A DNA stretch of 64,000 bases from contig CM022674.1 of the NCBI GenBank assembly GCA_012295275.1, positions 9,858,001-9,922,000 on the forward strand, given 5' to 3'. The notes under the pieces are model-generated. The model made no database searches and was not told where the DNA came from. It was given only the letters and a program-made list of their open reading frames with translations. This document shows, in pieces, positions 34,981 through 47,464 of the stretch. The translations under genes were made by a program, and so were the position numbers. The stretch is from Chrysomallon squamiferum (taxonomy: Eukaryota; Animalia; Mollusca). How positions within the stretch are numbered: position 1 is the stretch's first letter; every line of letters begins with the position of its first letter.

Positions 34981-35110
34981 TTAAGGGTTTAGTTTTACTG
35001 AATATAGTTATAAATAAATGTATTTAATTTGTTTTATACTCTTCTTTCTTTATTGCGACGTAGTACACTACTGAAGTCAGTTATGTTTGAGATAGAATCA
35101 TGGCGGCCAA
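34492..35110. promoter_or_regulatory. Probable bidirectional promoter between SDHB and the PPP1R35-like gene
   Basis: The genes diverge. Motifs: CAAGGTCA (34509-34516), palindromic CTTCCGGAAG (34529-34538) and YY1-like ATGGCGGCC (35100-35108). Confidence 0.55.
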
Positions 35111-35932
35111 AACAAACCTTTTGTGTACAGTCTGATATATCTTTCTGCAGGCTGTATTATATTAATACATGGTATTATTAAATTCCAAAGTTTTTAAACA
35201 ACAACAATAATAATAATAAGTATGTATTTTTAATTAGATATTTATCATAGCAATAAATTGAATAATATTAATAAAATTATAATTACTAAACAGGTTCAAA
35301 CATGTAAATCATTGTAATAATTTAGTATTATTGTATGATAGTTGATACGTTCTCAGTGTTGCCATCGATATGTGAATGTTGATCAAAATGAGTAACATTT
35401 CACAGTCGATGCTAACTGCTATTACTGCTGTTGCTTTTAATGGTTTTTATTGTTGTTTTGTTTTAAAAAATTTGTTTTGTCCATTTTTCGTAAAATAACA
35501 AGTAGCTTAGTAGGCCATGTTGAGTTACATGTTTAGTGGGTAGTCATAATATTTCCTTCTGAGCACTTTGAACGAAATCTAATTTGAATTCATATTTATT
35601 TAGTGACATCTCAGCAAATTTTATGGTGAAGACTATTAATATTTTTTTCAGTCATATAGATAACTTGGAAACAAGAAGAACCAGCACTTACCATTAACTC
35701 CATTACTAATAATGATTAATTTCATATATAGGTATTAGAACTTAATGAAGCAATTGTTGGTTACGGTTTATGAAAAAGTAACCAACAATTGCTTCATCAA
35801 GTTCTAATTTAAATTAATGTTTTATTATTATTGTTATTATTATTAAGTTTTAATTATTTTTAATTTTTTTAATTTTTTTTTTTTTTATTATTATTTTTCT
35901 GTTGTTACAGCACTGGACTGTTGAAAATCACA

Positions 35933-38035
35933 ATGCATTCTGCCTGTGCTGCCAGCAGAGAGCCTGTTTCTCACTGCATCCCACCTGCACTGCCATCTTC
36001 CCGTGAACATGGAATGGTTTCTGAGTATGCTTGTTTTAATCTTCCTCATAAGAAATATTCTGAATTTTATCCTGAAGAAACACTGGAAGATGAAGTTGTC
36101 CCCCTTTGTAAAGCCCCATCACCATGGAAGCCTCCTCTGCCACCAGGAACTCTTTCTGATCCAACCCTGTGTGTAAGTCCAGAAAAATCACGAGATTCAG
36201 TTTCCAAGAATACTTTACCAATCAGAAGTGCCCCTCAGAAAGCATCAAAACCTACATTACAAGGTGTGTATCACTCAGACCCATCATTAGCCCTGACCCC
36301 AGACCAGCCATGCAAATCAGCAGCAAGACAGAGAGAAAAAGAGAGAAAAAGTAAAGGTGTTTTTAAAAGTAATCTTGGTAAAACAAACTGTTCTGATAGT
36401 ACAAAGTTAAAACAGAAAGTTAGGTTTGATATTGATTCTTCATATGACTCAGACTTGAATCAAGATAATCAGGACTCAGGTGTTTCTAAACAAAATACTT
36501 CTCCAAGCAAACAGTACAAGCCTTCATTGTATTCTGATGCAGGTGATGCTAATAACACGTTTGATTTCTTAGAGCAACCTAGAACAATAAAATATGTTAT
36601 TTCTGAAACAAGTGAGACAGACTCAAAAAAGATTGATAGTAATGTTAAAGGAGACACCGTTGTTAACAGTTTTTATAATGGTGATTTTCAGATTAGTGAT
36701 GTAACAGCTGAAGATATCACTAGTCCAGATGAAAATGTCAAATCAAAAACATATACATACAGAACAGTACCTAGATGTGAAACAAGCAAAAATAATGCAC
36801 CAGCAGTTTCATTACCATCTTGTTTTGAAACTAAACCAAAACGAAAAGTTATTGTTACTAGAGAATTTGAAGAAAGACCAAAGATTGAGAATTACCACTT
36901 TCCATTCTCTGGCTCCATTGTCACTGTGGACAGTGAGTATGAACATGTGTTTGTGAGACCAGAATACAACAGTACACTGAAACAAGTGAATGAACTACAA
37001 GAAATGAGAGAATGTCATCCAGATGTCAGGTGTGTCTTACAGAAAACTCTAACTGAATCAGAACAGATTAAAACTGCAATTCAGGAAAAGGTATTTTTTT
37101 TTTTTTTTTATACTGTTTTTCTTTATTCAGTTACTTACATTTATGATTTTAATGCCTATATTATTGCAAGTCTATTAGCTATTTTTCTTTATAACACTTC
37201 CCTTATAACATAAATTCAGAGACAGTTTTCACTGAAATACCAATTTAATTTAATTGATGATTCCATGTTTTAAATTTCATAAACATTACAAAAATTCAAA
37301 TTCTGTAGGTTAAGAGTGTAATATACAATTTAATATTATTTTTTACATTTATCTTTTTTATACTTTTATTATTTATTTATTTATTTTTGTCACTTTGTTT
37401 TTGGTCATGATTTTTGAATATTGAATTTTTTTTGGAAAGCTGAACTAAAGTCATATTATTAACTTAGGTTGAAGTTTTACAGTATCTCTTTTGCAGGCAT
37501 CCTCTAAAGTGAATGTTCCCACTAATCAGTTGTCTGGACTGGTCAGCGTTCAGTCACAAGCTGATGAGATTAATCAACTGGAGAAAGAAATCACAGAGAA
37601 AGCAATGATTGTCAAACAGAAAGTAGCATCCAAACCAAAGGTGCAGTTTTTTTTAAATATATTTTTTATAATAACTGTTTTGTTTATTGGACACACGTTC
37701 TTAAAAGTTGAATATATTTCTTCATTAGACAGTTTAATAATTTCACATATATTATATATATGTATATATATTTTTAATATTATTATTATTTTTTTTTTTA
37801 AATGATCTCTTTAATTTTTATTTTATCTTATTTGTTTGTTTCGTTTTAGCCTAAAAAGAGTGAAAGAGAGCCAGATTTGCTTGAGTTCTTCACCCCTGAT
37901 CTACAGAGAGAGCTTCCAGACTTCACTCTGACATCACTGACCACACCTTTCGCTCATCTGACAACAGCATCGCATGATTCAGCATTTGACCTGTATCGTC
38001 ACAACCGCGTATGGGAGGGTATTGCTCAGAAGTGA
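35933..38035 (+). CDS. PPP1R35: Protein phosphatase 1 regulatory subunit 35-like protein (long disordered N-terminus), 3 coding exons, about 495 aa
   Basis: Exons 35933-37090, 37497-37640, 37850-38035, phase 0/0. A splice acceptor at 35909-35910 implies an upstream 5' UTR exon. RVxF-type PP1 docking motif KQKVRF. The C-terminal region RPEYNSTL...KVNVP...LSGLVSV...EPDLLEFF...AFDLYRHNRVWE resembles the PPP1R35_C domain as I recall it. Confidence 0.72.
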
Positions 38036-39345
38036 CGAATTTCATCACATATATTGAAATGTATGTTGGAATTTTCCAGACCAAAATAAACATTGGTACT
38101 AAAACTTACTTGGACTTTAGAAATGGCATAAATAAATTGTTACTACCAAGAGACTGTTTTAAGCATTAATGGTGATGAGCTTTTGCTAACAATAAAATAT
38201 AATATTAAACTATCACACTTACATTGAATTATTTCCCTTTAACTTGATATAGTTAAATTTTTTATAATTATTTAAAAACAATCTTATTGATATTCACAAG
38301 CTTTTTTCTTCTTTTTTTTTAATAAATATTTATATTAAAAATGACAAAATGAAAAGAAAAGCATTTGTCTCAGAAATGTATATTATTATCATGCTTTATT
38401 AGTAATAGAAGTTTATCACCTGAAGTAAATGGAATAATAACCTGGTAGTATGCAGTGTATTTTGTCACTGATACACAGAAATGTACATTTCAATTATACT
38501 AAAAAACTACAACTGTTTAACAAATACATTTACTTAATTTCCTAATTGTTCTTATAATGAAATAACTATATAAAATAAAATATCTGGACTAAGAAAGTAT
38601 TATTTAGTTTTATGAATAGTGTTGTAAGCAATTGCAGTTTACTTGTTATATCAATAACAGTGATTTTATTTAAATTAGGTATTAAATTTAAGTAACTAGA
38701 ATTATAATTAGCTGTATATTTATTTTGTTAAAAGATTATTTTAAGTTTTATTATGAATGATCATTATCCTTAACTGTTGTCACTGATTTAGTTTTGTTTC
38801 TATAATTAGAACTAAATAATTTATTATCATGGTATTTTAAAACAAATTTATAATCGTATAAATATGTATTTTCTTTCAAAATTCATAATAATTTATATAA
38901 TAAAAAATGTATTGCAGTTTTTTGTTGTGTCATAATTTTAAATTTAATATTTCTTTTATCATAGTTTAAAAAATAATGGATCAGACAAGCTGGTTTGAAT
39001 TTTTATATACAAATATTTGTGACCTTAAAATAAATTTGGATTCAATATCCTGTTTAAAATTCTTTAACCAACAGCTGACACTGATAATGATTTATTAAAA
39101 TAAAAAATTGTTTTTTTTAAGTAATTTTAAATGTTACAGTAATAACAGTATCAAAAATAAATATTAATGAGAATCATTATCATAATTATCATTTAAAAGC
39201 ATATATTTTTAAAAGTATTATAGAATAAATACTTATAAACTCAATAAATATAATTTGAATAATACAAAGATACTAAATCCTTCTAAAGTATATTACAGGC
39301 CTAATTTTCTTCCTTTTTTTAAATTTATTACTTTATTATTATTAA

Positions 39346-39427
<82 letters not shown>

Positions 39428-42400
39428 TACCAACATATGTGTCTAACAGCTTCAATAGATTACAAAGAAAAATAAGCATTAGTACTAATGCACTTTCAAA
39501 GATTCTCGCGTTTAAAATGTACTTGTTGACTTGAGTAAATGTTCTTAACAGACTACGTCGTAAGCAGAGCTTTATTATAAACGACCAATTAGCTGATTTT
39601 CGCTATTTTACCTGGCTTTCAAAAACTCGTGAGTGACTTTCATAGCCACATACTCCACATTAACTTAGCAGAGAGAACATAAACATGTTAATTAAGCCGA
39701 CAGCGTAGTTAAAAATAGGTGAAACAATTCACAGGTGCACTGTATCAGAAATATTTTCACTGTTGATGATAATCACCTTTAATTGGAATAAATAAATATC
39801 AGGTTTTAGGAATACAGGTTAACAGATGTTGGATTTACTTTGCAGAATGGCTGCTTGGGGATATCTTGGCATGGCAGACATAATACTACACTGAATCATT
39901 TATGGAAACAAAATAGATTACACTTTTTTTTTTTTTTTTTTTTTTTTGTTGTTGTTGTTGTTGTTTTTTGTTATTTATTTGAAGTTAATAATAAAACTAA
40001 ACCTGAAATTATAATTTCTGTAATTCATTGTTTAAACTGAAAAGTTAAAAATAAATTTAGCTGATAAAATTATTGCTATAAATAAATTTCATTTAAAATA
40101 ACTTTTTAACATATTGTATTTTACTTTTTGTTTCTTTCTTTTACTTATTTTCTTTTCCATTTTTTTTTCTTTTGGATTATTATTATATATATATTTTTAA
40201 ACTTCCTCGCACATTTTCATTTCTTTTATTTTGAATATAGAGAGAAATACAACCACTGAATCTTAGTCGGTTTTGATTTCATATTGCATCATGACGATAA
40301 TGCTAGTTAGTATTTTGTTCTTCTATCAGTTATTATTTAGTCACACAGACACATATTAATGCACAACATACACACCCGCACACACACTCATACATACACA
40401 GAGACACAGACACACACAAGATGACTAAATACGGTTGTAAGAAAGCACCGAACTCCTGGATCAGCTAACGCTTATTGGCATAGTCCAGTATTTTCCTTCA
40501 AATCTTCAGAATTCAGTGTTATTTATTTATTTATTTATTTATTCATTCATTTACTTATTTATTTATATATTTATTGATATAAGCTAACAATGCAAGCGGA
40601 AACCACTAGCATCTTTTTAGAATCTTTTTTTTAATTAAAATTAAATATTTTTGTTCATAAAATACGTTTATTTTCATAGATTTAGTATTGATGTCTACTT
40701 AGAGTATTTCTTTTATGTATTTTAATTTATCTTTTTTTCTTCTTTTTCTATTTCTGTATTTCTGTATTTGTACTGTACTGTACTGTACTGTACTGCACTG
40801 CACTGCACTGCACTGCACTGTACCGTACTGTATTATTTTTTATTTATATTTTATACTGGATGAAATAAACATTTTTCGATTGGGTAATATTTTGTTCATC
40901 GTGATCACAAAAGGGCAAACGAAAGTTCCGCAACACCCTCTGCACTGGCCTTCAGTTAATGCCTTCTCATCGCATGTTTCCTGCTTTCTAATATACACGA
41001 ATACTTCCAGCTCGATTGTCTGTTTCCACCGCGGACTGAACTCCTTTGTTCACTCAGCCATTACTGCAGTGACTAATGTGGAAAATGTTTGTTTTCTTCT
41101 TCTTCTGACACCTGACATCCATTGTGACAGAGAAAGTAGAAATCCGGCCACCTATATTACATTTCATGTACGTGCCACTCGGATGAGACGTTGTCGTTGT
41201 AGAGGTGATATCGGCTCGGGTCAGGCTGACGTGACCTAGACTGTTTTATTCCCGGATAACATGTCGCCAGACCAAATTAGAAGATTTTCCTTCTCTGCCC
41301 GGAAATTCGAAATTAAGTTTTATCCTGCTTGATACAGAGACCACAACACGTTTAGCGAGCCGCGAAGCAGTAACTGGCTTTGAAACTGGAGGGAAGAAAA
41401 CAGTAGGAAAATGAGGAAAAAATGTAAAAGAAAACGAAGCAGTCTTTCCACTAACTCAAAGAAAACAATAGATAGAAAAATCTAAAATAAAATAAAATAT
41501 AAATTAAGTAGTAGTAGTGGTATTATAGTGGTATTGGTGATGGTGAGAAGGACAGGAAAGAGATGAAGACGTACCAGGGGTGGGAATTCAGTGTTTCGGA
41601 AAAATTAAAATATAGTTTGAAACCATCTTTTGTAATGCGAGTTTTGTGCAATAAAATATATTATTATGTAGTTGTCTTTTTGATCCAATCATGATTTATT
41701 ATGCAGTTTGAAAGCATCCTGCTAACATAGACAGGCCACTCTGTAAATTTATTAACAATGTTTATTAATAACGTCAGATCAAACCGCGATTCAAACTCGC
41801 TTCATTTCAGACTTGTATTCTAACCACAGCGCCACCTAGACTGGCTTCAGCGAGAGGAATCTCGTGTTACGTTCACTGCTAATGTAAAGTTAACGAAAAC
41901 AGCGGACGACTTGGCGTTAAAACGAAAACTTTCGTCTGCTACAGAGAATAAAAATACGGTTTCATTTCCGTTTTCTATCTTGCTAAGCGAGGGTGAGCCT
42001 ATCTTTATTGTTAAAAAAATTACACAGGAATTTATACAAAACGCTTCGTAAATCAAATACGCAGACGGAATGAAATTCATTATTTTTCGGATTATATGAG
42101 ATTTTTGAGAGGGTAAGTTGATTTTTGTTTTATTTGTAAGGCACATAGTTATGAACTATATATCATTCTTAGATATCAGTATTATTGTACAGATTGTAAT
42201 ATTTCTCTTTCAGATTAAGTTAAATATATTTCAACAATCAGTATACTGATCAAGTCAAAATTTAAACATAACATCTCTTATCGTCTCTCTCCCTCACACA
42301 TACAAACACATACTATTCAGAAACAGAAACAAAAACACATACACTAATCCAGGTCCTTAATTCAAATCTAAGTTGCCATGGTCAAAGTTAAAAAAAAAAG

Positions 42401-43061
42401 AAAAAAAAAAAAGAAAGAAAAGATGATATGTCATGAAACAAGCCCTTTGAAGAAATTACCAGCGGTTACAAAAGGCCCCCAGTAATAGCTCAAGCTTCAG
42501 TGCCCGATAAATTTAGGTCCACCTATAAAATATATACCATCATACAAGTACACACATGAATATGTACTTGCTATTTTGCTGGATGTGATCGGTTTCTTAT
42601 CTAAATTTATAAACGTAGAGATTTTATTATATTATGATGTCAAACATACACACAGACAAACGCACACACATATTCACACATACAAATATACCCCCCCACA
42701 CACACACACACACACAAATACACACACTCAAAATAAAATGAGTTTCTATTTGCCTCTTTGCTGGAATTATTCGTTTCAGATGTAATTTTCTAAACCACGA
42801 GATCTCACTTTATTCTATTATGAAACAATACATATACGTCTGCTTAGCAGCTGAGTCTGAACGATACTTACAAACTGAATGTCGTTAAGGAACATCAATT
42901 TTCAGTTTGATCATTTTAAAGTAATAATGTGAGTATCAATCAATACTGTTTTTCTGTTTAGATAGTTCCTTAGTCCTGTTTGGTTTGTGTGTGTGTGTGT
43001 GTGTATATAACGTATGTATGTTACGCCTGAATCAATATGTTTGTGTGTATGCATGTATAAA

Positions 43062-43167
<106 letters not shown>

Positions 43168-43960
43168 ATATGCAAACTATTCACATTAACGATATATAAG
43201 TATTGAATTGAACCCCTGCGGTAGGAAACCAGTTTTTGTACGTTAGGAGACCAGTTTATATATGTGTATTCAAACTGGTAAAAAGCAATGGCTGAATCTG
43301 CATGTAATGCACTCTTAGTGTGTTGCCATAAACTAACACTGGAAGCCAAAAAAAACCCCAGTAATGTCAGACAGAATATTCTTTGAAACTTTATTCACCT
43401 CGAAATATCTGGCAACGAGCGCCACTTCACTTTATAAATTATCTCTGATTAACATTTTTATCCGAAATTAAGTCAGTCGTGCTTTATTTTCATCATCACT
43501 TAAAGTCGAAATCTTTCAGTCTCACTAATAGAAAGTAACTATATGTAGTCCGCTAAATTTACTTTAATGACTCAATAAAAAACAATAATAATAAAAATAA
43601 AAAAGAATGGAAAAGGGAAAAATTTGAGAAAACAAAACGAGACCAAATTGAAATTTCCTGATTAGTGTTTCTGCAAAGACGGACGTCGGGTCACTTCAGT
43701 GCAGGCGCACGTCTGGAACACGTCCAGGTGGCGCGCTAAATAGACTGTAATTTGGTAGTGGATGGTTTAAACGTATACTGAACGACAACAGAAACTGGGA
43801 ATCAGTATAAAAATGAATATCAACGATGATGATGATAATAAATTCACGTATTTAGCTTTTCAATACATCTTATTTTCATTTACGTCAGTATGCTCTGTTC
43901 AGGTTATTTCTGTAGTGATACAGAATAAATTATTCTCATTTATTTATTTATATATTTATT

Positions 43961-43992
<32 letters not shown>

Positions 43993-43994
43993 CA

Positions 43995-44065
<71 letters not shown>

Positions 44066-44359
44066 GTTATTATTATTATTATTATTATTATTTTCCAGTT
44101 CTCCTGCAGAGTTTTATTTGCGCAGTTTCGTAGGGTTTTTTCAGCGATGTTTATAACTGTTTTCTATTAAAACAACTTATGAAAACCATCATGATAGAGA
44201 TGGAACAGAAAGGGTTAATGGTCTGGGAAAAAATCAGTTTTAATCGCAACATGTTTATCTTACATTGTTATTTACGCAGCAGCCTACAACATCGTGCTTA
44301 ATAACAAAAGCAACAACTACAACAACAACAATAATATCAGTAATAACTATAAGCGTACC

Positions 44360-45075
44360 ACATTATTAAGTACAACCACCATGTTACATTATCTAGTTCA
44401 ACCATAACGTCACGTTATCTGGTACACTATCACATTATCTTTTACAGCCACCCTATTACTTTATCTAGTATAACCAACGTATCATAATATCAAGACAGCC
44501 ACCATATTACGTTATCTAGTAAATGATCATATTACATTATTTAGTACAACCGCCAGTTAACATTATCTAGTACAACCACCATATTACATTATCTAGTACA
44601 ACCACCATATTACATTATCTAGTACAACCACCATATTACATTATCTAGTACAACCATCATATTACATTATCTAGTACAACCACCATATTACATTATCTAG
44701 TACAACCATCATATTACATTATCTAGTACAACCACCATATTACATTATCTAGTACAACCATCATATTATATTATTTAGTATAACCATCATATTACATTAT
44801 CTAGTACAGCCATCATATTACATTATCCAGTACAACCATCATATTACATTATTTAGTATAACCATCATATTACATTATCTAGTACAACCATCATATTACA
44901 TTTTCTAGTAAACCATCATATTACATTATCTAGTAAACAATCATATTACATTATCTAGAACACCACCGTACTGTATAAATCGTATCATATTATCTAGTAT
45001 GACCAAGAGATTACATTATGTAGTACAGCTATCATATTTCATTATCAAGTACAATCATCATATTACATTATATAG
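44360..45075. repeat. 26-bp minisatellite (ATATTACATTATCTAGTACAACCA[C/T]C)n
   Basis: Period of 26 is readable at 44581-44900, with degenerate copies on both flanks. Confidence 0.92.
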
Positions 45076-46249
45076 TATAGTTATCAGTAACATCATATCA
45101 ATATTACTAACATCATATAAGAATCACTAATATTGTATCACTAACATTAAATCGGTATTACTAAAATTATTTAAAATTAAAAAATCTTTATTATAGAATT
45201 GTACCATGCTGCAATACACTTTATTAACAATGATTTCACTGCAGCGGTTACATTAATTCTGTTATCAAGACACCGGGCGCAAGGCAACCCAGTAAAGAAT
45301 TCAGGAAACTTTTAAAACAGTTTCTGGCAGAGAACACAGCAGTTGAAGTATGCAGGTATTTAATACAGTAATTTTAATCTGACCTGCATCAGCAGCTCAC
45401 TGAGTTAGTTTCTGACTGAGATCAGCGAGTGATCTGTCAGTGGATGGTGATTCATAGGTATTATCGACTCTAGCTGTTTGATTCGTTACATCATCATTAC
45501 ATTACTATTAAATATAGACTTTCCTATTAAACAATCCATAATGTATATCTAGGAATTATCAACGTCAGATATCAGTTCATGTTTCTCAAACGAACTCACT
45601 CTCTCTGCATTATTTTATAAAATAATAATACTTATCTAATAAATGCATTTCCTTCTTCTTTAAAACGAATAATTTCAGTAGATTACGAAGTTAAAGAAAA
45701 ATTGTTTTAAATACTGCGTTAGCTGTACATTAATTTAAAACCATGATAGTATATTATACACTATTGGGGGTTTTTATACATTCATTTAATAATAATTTAT
45801 TGTCATGCATTTATTCATGATTATATATATTTATGTTGCTATCACTATTAATATGAATTTGTATATTTTCGACCAAAAGTGTAGTTTTAAGAACGGAACT
45901 ATTTTAATTGAGCTATATTAATGGGGGTTTTTTATTGTTTTTTGTTGTTGTTGTGCTTCTTCTTCTTCTTTTTACATATTATATGTTGGTCAAAGTTAGT
46001 TCTTTGGTGTTTAATGTTTAAATTATTCTTATTTAACTTATTTTGTTTTGATGTACAGTTTTTGTAGGCGAAAACGAATTCAACATGCATATTTCTAACA
46101 CTCTCGAGAGCGATGAGCTGATAAATAAAACAATTAATTTCAGTTACCTATTTTATGTTATTTAGGACTGCGGGATAAAAGAAATAACTGGTTACTGTTA
46201 TAAGATGTCAGCTCTAACCTGCTCAAGTTGAATAGCATGTCCATAATTA

Positions 46250-46605
46250 TTTACAACATAAATTTCTCTATTGTTTCATATCATATATTTCTCTATTGAT
46301 TTAAAATATATATTTCTATACTGACTCCAACATACATCTCCATATCGACTTAGTACAGACACCTCAATACTGAATTAAAAATATACATCTACATATTGAT
46401 TTGCAAAACAATATTTACACATTGTCTTAAAACATACATCTCTATATTGACTTAGTACAGACATCTCTATACTGACTTAAAAATATACATTTACATACTG
46501 ATTTGAAAACAATATTTACACATTGACTTACAACGTACATCTCTTACTGACTTTACAACAAACATATTGTCTTAGAACATATATCTCCGACTGACTTACA
46601 ACCCC
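46250..46605. repeat. Degenerate ~26-28 bp tandem repeat (ACATATATCTCTATACTGACTTA-like)
   Basis: Recurring ...ATCTCTATA(C/T)TGA(C/T)TTA... units, with a longer block repeated at about 46330-46430 and 46430-46535. Confidence 0.6.
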
Positions 46606-46750
46606 ATCTCTCTTATACTCAATTATACATCGCTATTTTGAATTCACTGCATTGTTCCTCTGTGTTCTCAAAACATTAATGACAGTCACAGGCAGCTCAC
46701 ATTAACTGAGTTGAAGTCTGAAAACATCAACCGTTTGGTTATATACATAA

Positions 46751-46844
<94 letters not shown>

Positions 46845-46917
46845 GTAATGTATGTTTATATGTGTATATATTATATATACCTATGTTTGTATGTGTATTT
46901 GTTTGTAGCTGTCTGTC

Positions 46918-46970
<53 letters not shown>

Positions 46971-47273
46971 AATATGCAATGCTACAAAACGTTATTGTTC
47001 TAATGAGATGATTTGATAGAACACGTACTGAATTCCTGAAAACAGGTTTCTGGCTGAAATTATCCCAGTGGCAACTGAATCAACCTCTTCACTAATTTGG
47101 CCTCAAAATATTAAGAGGAATAATGATAATATGTTTATTTGAAGATGATGATGATGATGATGACTACGATGAAACTATAAAAATTTATAATTTACAAAAT
47201 TACAGGTTTGCGACATAACACCAAGGACACACGTCCTCATGTCAAAGGTCACGTTTAACCGTTACTCGCGAGC

Positions 47274-47418
47274 ATGTGCCTGAGTGACGTCATAATGCTT
47301 CTGCTGTTGTTTATGATGTTGCTAGGAGACTTGGATAGCAGACGATGTAAAAAAAACAAAGGGAAAAAGTGTGAGCGTCGAAATACGGGAAAACCAAGTG
47401 AGTAAAGGAAATGTAAAC

Positions 47419-47464
<46 letters not shown>

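Noticed and set aside
40715-41239. 174-aa ORF in the intergenic region
   Set aside because: It starts in T-rich and pentanucleotide repeats, and has no recognisable domain or linked exons.
41575-41600. CAGGGGTGGGAA as a hAT left terminus
   Set aside because: No matching right terminus or target duplication was found.
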